Source: an uncultured virus (IMG/VR IMGVR_UViG_3300031627_000893)
Lineage: Duplodnaviria > Heunggongvirae > Uroviricota > Caudoviricetes
Virus record (IMG/VR): IMGVR_UViG_3300031627_000893
DNA length: 20,000 nucleotides
Strand: one strand, 5' to 3'
This document shows positions 8,043-16,726 of the stretch, piece after piece. The notes below the pieces were generated by a model that saw only the letters and a list, made by a program, of their open reading frames with translations, was not told the DNA's origin and made no database searches. Numbering within the stretch: the stretch's first letter is position 1; every line of letters begins with the position of its first letter. The position numbers and the translations under genes are program-made.

Positions 8043-9182
8043 CTATGTGTTTACGAACCCACTCAAAAATAAACCTTTGCTTAAATCTAGCGGATCTAAA
8101 TCCACAGTAAATCCGAGAGCTACCGTCTTGTTACTCCCAACAGAGCTATCATAAGAAGCCCGATCTAGCCTCGCGTTTTTCAGCACGTATTTATTGGAGA
8201 TGCTTCTTTCGTTTAGCCCACCGGACACGCAATTTAAAAAAGAATACATATTCAACTCTACGTCATATCTTTCGTCATCATTAAGTAATGCGAAGACGCT
8301 GCCTGTCGCCGCATTCGCTACAAGACCGTTGACACCTAAAGTTGCTATAACTGGGCTAACGATCTCGTAATCTATTGGTATCTTATACCCTATAGACTCT
8401 ATTCCTCTTCTCTGCAAATCTAACTCCAAATTAAAATTTTGAATTTTTACATCATTAAACGAAATTCCAATATCATCTATATTGCTATCGTCTAATTTGG
8501 TTATAGATAGCTCGATGTCCCTAGGGCTTAAAATCGAAACCCCTGTGGCTTCGTAAGTTGGGAGCACGACTCTTTGCGTTGGTAAATCTCTAGTCTTCTT
8601 AAAGTTTATTATTGGCATGTTAATAGTGCCAGTCGAATTAAAATACTGAACATCACAGGCTTGAAACGAAAATGAATTCGTAATTAGGCTGTTAACCCCG
8701 CCTTGAGAAGCCCATTTGTTAATATAGCATTTACTGAAACCCGCCACGGAAGTGAGACCGTTGACGTTGTCTGCTACATCTACTCCTTCTTCCGAAAGAG
8801 AAACATAAAAGTTCTTCCTATCTAGATTCCTGTTCTCGTTAGATGAAAATCCCTCTATCAAAGAAGTGCCGAAAGTATTGGATAACGAGTCTGCTACGTT
8901 TGTAGAATTATGATTTAAGTTGAGCCCAATCGCTTTCTCGTTCCTAAAGCTTCCGCACAAGTACGAGATCTCTCCCTCAACAGTCGGACTTTGTATTATG
9001 GGTCCTCCTATCAAACCAGCCTTTCCGGCCTGAGATACGTCCGCTCTTGAAATCTCTATTGAGTAAGACAGCGACTGAACCCTCTCTAAGGGCTCTACTG
9101 AATCGGTAAGAAGAGCCCCACTGATTATTGGAGGACCAACATAAGCAGCTTCCGACTGGTATGTTACTCTATTTCTTGACAT
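8043..9182 (-). CDS. Tail-tube-like protein with an internal domain duplication
   Basis: RVQSLSYSIEISRADVSQAG / KIQNFNLELDLQRRGIESIG are tube-type beta-strand-hairpin motifs occurring twice. 14-nt overlap with the portal end. Confidence 0.6.
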   Translation of the reverse strand: MSRNRVTYQSEAAYVGPPIISGALLTDSVEPLERVQSLSYSIEISRADVSQAGKAGLIGGPIIQSPTVEGEISYLCGSFRNEKAIGLNLNHNSTNVADSLSNTFGTSLIEGFSSNENRNLDRKNFYVSLSEEGVDVADNVNGLTSVAGFSKCYINKWASQGGVNSLITNSFSFQACDVQYFNSTGTINMPIINFKKTRDLPTQRVVLPTYEATGVSILSPRDIELSITKLDDSNIDDIGISFNDVKIQNFNLELDLQRRGIESIGYKIPIDYEIVSPVIATLGVNGLVANAATGSVFALLNDDERYDVELNMYSFLNCVSGGLNERSISNKYVLKNARLDRASYDSSVGSNKTVALGFTVDLDPLDLSKGLFLSGFVNT

Positions 9183-11106
9183 CGCCGCTCACTTTACTTG
9201 CGAATACAATTGCAGCTAGGTAGTCATTTAATCCGTGCTCTAGAGCTACCTCTGAAATATCGTCAACCCTGCTTTGATTTTTGTCACAAGGCTTCTTCAC
9301 GTAATCCTTAGCTTTGGCAATCCAGTTTTCAGTATCTTCGTTGCACATAACTAAGGTTGATATGAAGCCAGAAACTTCCTTCTGACTATCGCTAAGCTCT
9401 TTAATTTTGTGGTTTCGTTTCAGCAAACCATCGACTTTCGATTCGAGCTTTTGGGCTAGGATCATATTCTCTTTGATTTTAGAAACGCTAAAGTGATAAT
9501 CAGCAGCGGCTTCTTTTTGAACTGTTTTTTGATTAGGATTGTCTCCCTTGCCTATGGGGGAAACTTCCTTTGTCGATTGGGGGGCTCCTTCTGTTCCTTC
9601 TGGTCTGCCTGTGACACCTCCGCCGCCGTTCAAAGGCTGGTAAAGACCTTCTTCTCTTAACTTTTTAAACTTCCTTTGGGAATCTTCGGACTCCTTGGCG
9701 TCAGGCAACCTTCCGCTCTGTATCGCCTCGAACCCTTGCTCTGGAGTAAGCACTCCAATTTCAACTAGTCTACTGAAAATTCTAGAGGTCACCGCGCCTT
9801 CGCCTAAATGTATCGAATCAAATATAGGGGTAGGATAACTTCTGAAGCCCAATTCTTTGCATAGCCTTTTGATTTCTGGGAGTAAAAAACCGCTCAAGAA
9901 CTCTTGTTGAGCTCTCTCTAGCCTTTTTAGAAAGACCTCCATCTTTGTCATTTGATTTGAGTACTTCTCGGAACCAAACAGTATATTGTTTAGGCCGATT
10001 AAAATATCCTTATCTACGATCTCGTACTTTTTGGGGTCGAGTAAGTCAGCGATTTTCGGAATAATAAACTCCGCTTTCGTTGTGTAGTCGGCTATCAAAA
10101 CTCTTCCAACAGATTCGTTCCTAAATAGCTCCTGCATGTTAATTAAATTTTGCTGATTGACGCCTCCCTTATCTGGCTCGTCTCCCATCGTAATAAGAAG
10201 GACTGCTTGGCTCACAGTGCGAGTTATAGCCATGTCCATTTTCTTCATTTCTTTCTTCCAGTTTAAATCTTCTAAAACCGGAAAACCCATAGGAATCGCA
10301 AAGGGCTCGTAGTCCTGCTTCTTATAAAAAATTGTATAAAGTCTATCTAGGTCAATTGGAATAGCCACACTGATGTCGCTCGTTCCCATGTTTTTGCTGT
10401 TAACTCTTTCTTTAGTCAGCGGGTCTAGAGCTTCGTACATCTGCCTGTCTTCGTCGGTCTTAGGATGTCTTAGTCTTTCGACCTCAAAAGCAGTAAGGAT
10501 TTTTTTGTAGTTTGGGGTAGTGTAAGTAAGCGTACCGTTAATTTGTATTTCTGACGGATTCAACATTACGTAACGAACTGGAATTTTGAATTTGTCATTA
10601 ACAGCAGCCAAAGAGGAAAGCTTTCGCGCTTCTTCCCCCTCGATCACACCATCGAATCTATAAACGAATACGTTTCCTGATCTAAAATACTCTCTATAAA
10701 ACTTATCCTGTATAGCGTCTACGTCTATCTTCCGAAGAAAAGCTTCAATGAAATCTCTAGATTTTTTGTTGCCGCCGCGAAGAAATAAATTCCCGATTGA
10801 GAACTCCGTCATCAAATCTATCGTGTTCCTGAAAACGGCGAAATTATAGTAAGCTTTCTGGCATAAGATAACTGCGTCTTTAATATCTAAGCTCGAACGG
10901 TTCTGGTAATTCTGATTCCGAAATGGGATTATGCCGTCATCAATGTTCTTGTATACATTAGTTCGCTCGATATAGGCGGACCTGTTCGCTCTTTGCCTAG
11001 TAGAAGTCGAATGGGAAGCTTTTGCCTCGTGCCCTACCATTAAAGGTTTGGTTTCAGGATTCTTCTTCCTTCTCGGCTTTTTTTGCGGTTTTTCGTCTTC
11101 TTTCAT
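9169..11106 (-). CDS. Portal protein
   Basis: 645 aa immediately after the large terminase. AYYNFAVFRNTIDLMTEF...KFYREYFRSGNVFVY...LNPSEI matches the portal N-terminal pattern, with a low-complexity GRP-containing linker late in the protein. Confidence 0.85.
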   Translation of the reverse strand: MKEDEKPQKKPRRKKNPETKPLMVGHEAKASHSTSTRQRANRSAYIERTNVYKNIDDGIIPFRNQNYQNRSSLDIKDAVILCQKAYYNFAVFRNTIDLMTEFSIGNLFLRGGNKKSRDFIEAFLRKIDVDAIQDKFYREYFRSGNVFVYRFDGVIEGEEARKLSSLAAVNDKFKIPVRYVMLNPSEIQINGTLTYTTPNYKKILTAFEVERLRHPKTDEDRQMYEALDPLTKERVNSKNMGTSDISVAIPIDLDRLYTIFYKKQDYEPFAIPMGFPVLEDLNWKKEMKKMDMAITRTVSQAVLLITMGDEPDKGGVNQQNLINMQELFRNESVGRVLIADYTTKAEFIIPKIADLLDPKKYEIVDKDILIGLNNILFGSEKYSNQMTKMEVFLKRLERAQQEFLSGFLLPEIKRLCKELGFRSYPTPIFDSIHLGEGAVTSRIFSRLVEIGVLTPEQGFEAIQSGRLPDAKESEDSQRKFKKLREEGLYQPLNGGGGVTGRPEGTEGAPQSTKEVSPIGKGDNPNQKTVQKEAAADYHFSVSKIKENMILAQKLESKVDGLLKRNHKIKELSDSQKEVSGFISTLVMCNEDTENWIAKAKDYVKKPCDKNQSRVDDISEVALEHGLNDYLAAIVFASKVSGDVKK

Positions 11107-11115
11107 CTTTTTTTA

Positions 11116-11122
11116 TTACACT
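11116..11122 (-). promoter_or_regulatory. AGTGTAA motif (putative phage promoter)
   Basis: TTACACT on +, 9 nt before the portal ATG, overlapping the last base of the terminase stop codon. Confidence 0.65.
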
Positions 11123-12945
11123 TAAATCATTATAGGACGGAAAGTATTTGTTTTCACCTCTAAATTCATCGACGTAATGTCAAAATATACCTTCGCTGCC
11201 CAGTTCGCCATGAGTAATGTCGTATAGTTATCTCTCCTCGCTCTGTTCGGTGAAGTATTTCGCTTTAAGTGCTGTGGCAAATCAAAGGTTTGGTTTCCCT
11301 TAGCAGTGCTTTTCACTTCTATCAAAGCGCATTGCTTCTTCACTTGGTATATAAGATCATCCTGAGTTTCAATCAACTCTAAAATATTATCCTCACCGAC
11401 TAGGTCCATATTTATCCTAAGTTTGCTTTGCGAGTCAAAAGCCTTATTGTCAGCCGTTGATTTCGACGCAAACCAAATTCTCTTGTGATCTATAGCCGCC
11501 TGTAAAAGCTCATTAGACTTCCTTAGCCAACTACTATTAAACACTTGCTTGTAACAAATCGTGTGGTTTTCTTTATTAAATACAGCTTTCGCTTTTTTAA
11601 TTTCTTTTATGTAATCCAATCCTTCTTTATCCGTATTGATATCGAAGAAGTTTAATACGTTGTCTCTAAAAAGTTCCGACTCATTACACCCATCTATGAA
11701 TTGAAAACCAGCGTTATCTATGCATATCATTTCTATGTTAAAGTTTTCGACTACATAGCTAAAGTATTTTATGTGATCTTTTAGATCTCCTCCTGCTACA
11801 GCGTAATTGTGTACTACTGTAGTCTGTTTAGACTCCATATCTAACTCAAGAATGCACATAGCAAAGTAGTCAGAGCTTGGGCTGTTTGAAAAAGAAGGAT
11901 CAATGGCGACTAAATATTTCTGATTAGATTTGCCTCTTATTAGGGTATGAGGACTTTCTCCGTCAGGGATAGTACATTCGTGCATCTTTCTCCCACTGAA
12001 GTAAGAATCACTCCCATCCGTGAATTGAGCGCAATACTCTCTTTGAAAAGACGAGTGGCTTTGTCCGCCGTTTTGAGCTTCTTCGATTATTGTAGAATCG
12101 ATCATATGATCTGGAAGAGATTCCCAGCCTAGTTGAGATATAAAATATGTCGCATCTCTGATCACGGAATCATCATATATATTCTGCATCCATTCTTTGT
12201 AAGTTTTATACAAATTCTCAAAAGTATAAGAAGCTGATGAAAGAGCTATCATCTTTGAGTTGTTCTGGAACTTCATCCTGTCTTCTTCTTTCATTAGCCC
12301 TTTCTCTATAAGGCCGTTCTCCATTTCCCTGATTTCGATACGCTCCTTCATGTCTTGAGGGGCAACCAAAAACGGCATGAGCACGGTTTTGATTGTATCC
12401 TCAGGAAGCAACAGAAACTCGTCGAGGACTAAAACGTTAGCTCTAAATCCGCGAATCTTTTCTCCACTCAAAGGGATCGCTGTTATGGAGCCTCCGTTTA
12501 TTTGCCACTCAAAGGCGTCGTTCCGTTTTGCCTTCGCTCCGAATGCTTGTTGGAGTAAAGAAGCTCCCTTTGTGTCCACTAACTTTTCTAGATTGTTGAA
12601 GATAAATCTCGCGGTACGGAAAGTGGGACCCGCAATAAGAATCTTTGTCTTCGGCTCAAAGATACATTGCAAGAAGCAAAAGACCGAGGCTATAAACGTC
12701 TTACCGCAACCGCGCCCCCAGACGCACATAGAGAAGTTCCGGTTCATCATTCCCTTTAAGGTGATCTCCTGAAACTCAGCTAATTTAATTCCAGATATTA
12801 ACTCGGTAGTAAAGCCGAGATTACCTCGCAGAAATTTAGCCAAAGACACCTTCGCGGCTGTGTCATCTAACTCCCCCTTTAGGCTGAGTATTTCTTTGTT
12901 AACGTCCGGTAATGGGCGATTATATTTTTCTGGGCAATACCACAT
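11122..12945 (-). CDS. terL: Terminase large subunit
   Basis: Walker A VWGRGCGKT, IRGFRANVLVLDE (Walker B), coupling-motif region IALSSA, FQREYCAQF, RNase H-like LVAIDPS...DYFA and a late RRDNYT acidic motif. Confidence 0.95.
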   Translation of the reverse strand: MWYCPEKYNRPLPDVNKEILSLKGELDDTAAKVSLAKFLRGNLGFTTELISGIKLAEFQEITLKGMMNRNFSMCVWGRGCGKTFIASVFCFLQCIFEPKTKILIAGPTFRTARFIFNNLEKLVDTKGASLLQQAFGAKAKRNDAFEWQINGGSITAIPLSGEKIRGFRANVLVLDEFLLLPEDTIKTVLMPFLVAPQDMKERIEIREMENGLIEKGLMKEEDRMKFQNNSKMIALSSASYTFENLYKTYKEWMQNIYDDSVIRDATYFISQLGWESLPDHMIDSTIIEEAQNGGQSHSSFQREYCAQFTDGSDSYFSGRKMHECTIPDGESPHTLIRGKSNQKYLVAIDPSFSNSPSSDYFAMCILELDMESKQTTVVHNYAVAGGDLKDHIKYFSYVVENFNIEMICIDNAGFQFIDGCNESELFRDNVLNFFDINTDKEGLDYIKEIKKAKAVFNKENHTICYKQVFNSSWLRKSNELLQAAIDHKRIWFASKSTADNKAFDSQSKLRINMDLVGEDNILELIETQDDLIYQVKKQCALIEVKSTAKGNQTFDLPQHLKRNTSPNRARRDNYTTLLMANWAAKVYFDITSMNLEVKTNTFRPIMI

Positions 12946-13907
12946 TATAAATTGGATATATCGTACATGTATTGAAGGTCTATCTTAGAATAATAATCAG
13001 GATTAGCGAATACTTTTTGAGCCACCCTAGACGACTCCTCTCTTCCATCAACGAATAAAAATTGTATATGACTAAATTCCTGACACAAGTCTCTCATTTG
13101 TTTTAGAATATAGCCGGGGTTCATTTTCGTATCTTTATGGATTCTCTCTTTTGATCTCACTTCTCTCTGCTTTTTAAAGCTCATCGCATTAGAGAAAACA
13201 GACTCCACTAAAACTACTAAAAATGCCTGAGAGTCAGCAGCCTTCATGATCTCGTTTCTAAACCTATTAAAGTGCTTTGGACTTAGCGTCCCCACAAAGT
13301 CAGCCAAGGATTTTCTTTCTATGTATAACAGACACTTTTCATAAGCATTACTAGCGCAGTAATCCCCAAATTTTAGAGTCCTTACTTCTGTGTCCTTGGA
13401 CCCAAATTCGAGGGGCAACTGTTCTCTCGTGTCTATATATATCGTGAAATCATTGTCCTCTGCTGGTCTCTCTACGTCTAAGTAATATTTAAATTTATTT
13501 ATGAGGCCGACACTGGAACAAAAGTCATAATAGCCATCGAAAAGTTTTTCACATTCCGAAACCGTAGGCCACATCAAGCTTCTAAGCTCTACCTCGCTTA
13601 GCGAAAACCTGACTTTACCATCTTTAACCCTATCGTTAAAAAGCTTAGAGCAGAACTTCCTTACTTCATTAATGTCCGTAATCTTTCTCCAAGTCTTGAA
13701 GTTAGTTGCTGATACAAAATGCTTTTTCTTGTAACTCTCTTTGTTCGTAAACTCTATTTTCTCGCCAGTAAGAAGATCTTTTTTCGGAAAAAATTTCTCG
13801 TAATACTCCTTAGTCTTAATGCTATGAGCCTTTAAATGAAAATGTAGAGACTTGTCAGAATCAAATCTCTTACTACAGATCATACATTTATGTTTTCTGC
13901 TATCCAT
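12945..13907 (-). CDS. C2H2 zinc finger plus ERCC4 (XPF/Mus81/Hef-family) structure-specific nuclease
   Basis: N-terminal CMICSKRFDSDKSLHFHLKAH. C-terminal IYIDTREQ...LKFGDY...IERKSLADFVGTL...RFRNEI...LVVLVE, the GDxnERKx3D signature. Confidence 0.88.
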   Translation of the reverse strand: MDSRKHKCMICSKRFDSDKSLHFHLKAHSIKTKEYYEKFFPKKDLLTGEKIEFTNKESYKKKHFVSATNFKTWRKITDINEVRKFCSKLFNDRVKDGKVRFSLSEVELRSLMWPTVSECEKLFDGYYDFCSSVGLINKFKYYLDVERPAEDNDFTIYIDTREQLPLEFGSKDTEVRTLKFGDYCASNAYEKCLLYIERKSLADFVGTLSPKHFNRFRNEIMKAADSQAFLVVLVESVFSNAMSFKKQREVRSKERIHKDTKMNPGYILKQMRDLCQEFSHIQFLFVDGREESSRVAQKVFANPDYYSKIDLQYMYDISNL

Positions 13908-15003
13908 TTAGAATCTCGTTTTCCCCGATCCCCATAACACGAGCTTTTATCTCGTCCATTGTGGTTATCCTATCAACCTCTTTCAAAATAGATTGTTTCC
14001 TCAGGTCTGCTAGTTGAACCATTTTTTTTCTAGTTTCTTCCTCTTTCCAAGCTTCAACCAAGTTTAGAATACTAGCGTTATCTTGATGCTGTTTGGACAG
14101 CCTTTTGCTTCTCTTCTCTTTTAGGTCATCCAGTAACTTCTGTTGCCGATTAACACATTGGTTATACTCTGTCTGTGCGGAGCTTATCGCGTCGGACAAT
14201 CCCATCGATATTCTGCGTCCATCGGTGTCTTCCGCAGCGTTATCCAGCATTGTGGATAATCTGTTAATTCTTATCTGAATGTTGGAAGATATTACGACCT
14301 CAGTAGACAGCACGATATACTGGTCAACTTCCTCTTGCGTTAGATCCGACTTATCGTTCGTATACCTCACAAAGCTAGACTCGAAGAGATCTCTCTCTAC
14401 CTTTGTCCCGTAAGTACTCGCTTGGTGAATAAACCTGTATGCGCTCATGTACGACATACATGCTTCGACATCTCTTTTTATTTTCGGGGTTATTTTATCT
14501 TTGTCGATCTGAGGATTTACATATTTGTTAATTCTCGCGAAAGTAGTTACAAAGGTTTTAGGCGGCTTGAATCCTTGGGTCGTGTTTTCTTCCTCGTTCA
14601 CGCCAATGGCCTCGACGGGCAGACTTCTTATATACTCGAATATAGCCTTAGTCTCCTGATGTAAGTTAGTTAAGGAGTCATCTTTAAAAACGATCTTAGC
14701 GATTTCAACTCCGCTCATTAAAGCCACGTTGTTGCGCGTAAATTCTTTTTGCTCTTCTGTTAAAACGATTTTCTTCTTTTTAACGTAGTCGTGACCGCTT
14801 GAGGGTTTTATGTCTCTACTCAACAAGGCTTCGGTTACTGCTTTCCCGTACTGACTCCTGCCGTCTTTCAACTCGTCTGATATATCTGGGAAAATGTGCC
14901 CAATTAAGTCCTTCCTAGATAATTTTTCATCAGACTGGCTATTCCAATAATCGACTAAAGAATTGGTTTGCTCTTCGGTTAAGGTTATTTTTTCTTTACT
15001 CAT
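13900..15003 (-). CDS. Hypothetical protein with two tandem helical repeats and a C-terminal coiled coil; candidate terminase small subunit or DNA-binding protein
   Basis: 367 aa with KITLTEEQ / KIVLTEEQ repeats and long heptad helices at the C-terminus. Two genes upstream of terL in a coupled operon. Confidence 0.6.
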   Translation of the reverse strand: MSKEKITLTEEQTNSLVDYWNSQSDEKLSRKDLIGHIFPDISDELKDGRSQYGKAVTEALLSRDIKPSSGHDYVKKKKIVLTEEQKEFTRNNVALMSGVEIAKIVFKDDSLTNLHQETKAIFEYIRSLPVEAIGVNEEENTTQGFKPPKTFVTTFARINKYVNPQIDKDKITPKIKRDVEACMSYMSAYRFIHQASTYGTKVERDLFESSFVRYTNDKSDLTQEEVDQYIVLSTEVVISSNIQIRINRLSTMLDNAAEDTDGRRISMGLSDAISSAQTEYNQCVNRQQKLLDDLKEKRSKRLSKQHQDNASILNLVEAWKEEETRKKMVQLADLRKQSILKEVDRITTMDEIKARVMGIGENEILNG

Positions 15004-15004
15004 T

Positions 15005-15703
15005 TCAAAAATCTATGCCTCCTTTACTGAGGAAGTTCTTGGCTTTGGCGAGGATTTTTTTCTGAATGTTTTTGATCTGCTTGTACCCCGGACTCCTGTT
15101 TACTTCTGTTGTCTTATATCCCATCTTCTTTGCTGCCTCGTTTTCGGAGAGCCCATCTATGTATATCATTTTATATACCTTCCACTCTAAAGGCTTCAAA
15201 AGCTTTTCCATAGCTTTATGCAACTTAAAGGTTGCTCTTTCGACGTCGAAGCCGCTATCAAACTTAGAGTATACTTCTTGTATGTGATTTTCTATAGCGA
15301 CTGGTAACTTAGCGTCGTAGCAAGATTTTTTATTCTTTACCCAATTAGAGTAAAGCGGACACGCATCGCATTGACTTTCGTATATCGCGCATAAATTGTA
15401 ATCTTGCGCTGCTGCACATTTGAGACATGGCCTTGAGAAATTTCCATAGTTGTTTCTTATAAGGTTTTTTATTTGGTTCGTTATGATTCTGTTTAGCCAA
15501 GGAGAGAGAGGTTTTTTAGGGTCGTACAAATGCCATTTTTTGAAGATATGTATTCTTATTATCTGGGAAACGTCATCGTAATCCATCCAATTTAATATGG
15601 ATAGATTCCATTTGCCTCTCCTCTTCCTTATCTCTAGGTCTATAAGATCTATAAAATCTTCGTAGACAGGAGGAGCTTCAGGTTTTGCTTTTTTACGGGG
15701 CAA
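15005..15703 (-). CDS. Phage-encoded sigma70/ECF-like RNA polymerase sigma factor with a Cys-rich insert
   Basis: Region 2 DYDDVSQIIRIHIFKKWHLYDPKKPLSPWLNRIITNQIKNLIR and region 4 LKPLEWKVYKMIYIDGLSENEAAKKMG. TTG start 2 nt after the upstream stop (start less certain). Confidence 0.85.
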   Translation of the reverse strand: MPRKKAKPEAPPVYEDFIDLIDLEIRKRRGKWNLSILNWMDYDDVSQIIRIHIFKKWHLYDPKKPLSPWLNRIITNQIKNLIRNNYGNFSRPCLKCAAAQDYNLCAIYESQCDACPLYSNWVKNKKSCYDAKLPVAIENHIQEVYSKFDSGFDVERATFKLHKAMEKLLKPLEWKVYKMIYIDGLSENEAAKKMGYKTTEVNRSPGYKQIKNIQKKILAKAKNFLSKGGIDF

Positions 15704-15705
15704 AA

Positions 15706-16116
15706 TTACAAGTTACGTCTAGGATTTGAGCCACCCTCTTCGGAGTACTGTTTTAGAAAGTCTTCTTCTGAGGCTCTGGGCTCTTCCCCTCTAGGCCCGA
15801 ACTCACTAGTGCTAGAAGCAGGTCCTCCCATTAATTGTTTCAAAGATTGCTTTTTGGCTACTGATACCTCGAACTCTAACTTTGTCATATCTGGGATCGA
15901 AGTGATTTCTGAGTTGCCGCCTTCCTCTATACCGAAAGCATCCTTATCTTTAGTCGCTTGAGGCTCAACTGGACGCTCCTTACCCCGGACTGGTTTTATG
16001 GGCTCTGTCTCCTGATGCCCAAAAACAGAGAATTTATGTCCGCAATTAGGACAAAAGTTCGGAGGACTTACACCGTATTCCATCGGTTTTGAACAATCTG
16101 TACAGTATTTTTTCAT
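15706..16116 (-). CDS. Zinc-ribbon protein with an acidic/disordered C-terminus
   Basis: MKKYCTDC-x13-CPNCG (two CxxC pairs). Confidence 0.8.
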   Translation of the reverse strand: MKKYCTDCSKPMEYGVSPPNFCPNCGHKFSVFGHQETEPIKPVRGKERPVEPQATKDKDAFGIEEGGNSEITSIPDMTKLEFEVSVAKKQSLKQLMGGPASSTSEFGPRGEEPRASEEDFLKQYSEEGGSNPRRNL

Positions 16117-16170
16117 AAGTATACTATTATTAGACCTTTTTCTTCAAAAATCTAATCAAAAAATTAAAAG

Positions 16171-16177
16171 AGTGTAA
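16171..16177 (+). promoter_or_regulatory. AGTGTAA motif (putative phage promoter, plus strand)
   Basis: 9 nt before the ATG at 16187. The orientation flips with the gene strand. Confidence 0.65.
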
Positions 16178-16186
16178 TATTCATAG

Positions 16187-16510
16187 ATGAAGAATAGACC
16201 ATCCTTTAAGTTTAAAAACTCTCAAGGGGTAGAGTATGAGGTTTACTTCAGAAAACCTAACGAAAGACTTTATGGTGAGGCTGATGGAGTATGCATAGAT
16301 CCGAAGGAAGAAAAGCCCAAAATAGAGATCAGTCCGTACTTGACTAAAAAGACAGAACTGAACACTTGTATACATGAATTCTGTCACGCCTTCTTCTGGG
16401 ACAAATCAGAAGCAGAGGTAAATAAATTTGCAAATACTATGGCTAGATTTCTGTACACTAGATGCTCTTGGAGAAAAACGGAGGCGAGGAAACGTGACTC
16501 AAAAAAATAA
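16187..16510 (+). CDS. Small HEXXH zincin-like metallopeptidase (ImmA/IrrE- or SprT-like)
   Basis: ADGVC...IEIS...LNTCIHEFCHAFFWDKSEAEVNKFA: HEXXH plus a downstream Glu ligand helix. Confidence 0.7.
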   Translation: MKNRPSFKFKNSQGVEYEVYFRKPNERLYGEADGVCIDPKEEKPKIEISPYLTKKTELNTCIHEFCHAFFWDKSEAEVNKFANTMARFLYTRCSWRKTEARKRDSKK

Positions 16511-16661
16511 AAAAGCAAAGAACAAGCTTCTAGAGATTGGTAAATTGTCCCTGACAATGTGCACAAGTGATAATGATAATCACGATGTAGCAAGAAAAAT
16601 CAACAAACTCGCTCGTGAAGTGTATAATATGTTCGATAAGGGAGAACCAGATCCTAAGTAG
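16494..16661 (+). CDS. Hypothetical protein (55 aa)
   Basis: GTG at 16494 with GGAGGCGAGGA upstream, in frame with the track ORF 16428-16661, overlapping the previous stop. Confidence 0.5.
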   Translation: MTQKNKKAKNKLLEIGKLSLTMCTSDNDNHDVARKINKLAREVYNMFDKGEPDPK

Positions 16662-16726
16662 GAAGGCTTTAGCCGTAAAAACTCTTTCTCTCTTATTCCT
16701 TTTGCAAAGATAAAAAAAGAAATCAT

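Noticed and set aside
10519..10525. Exact AGTGTAA on the plus strand inside portal
   Set aside because: Antisense, with no credible gene downstream; likely chance. It is recorded as a counter-example, and an antisense transcript cannot be excluded.
16118..16147. Sigma70-like TTGAAG-N18-TATACT on the minus strand before the Zn-ribbon gene
   Set aside because: The -10 box ends 1 nt before the ATG, so transcription would start inside the coding sequence.
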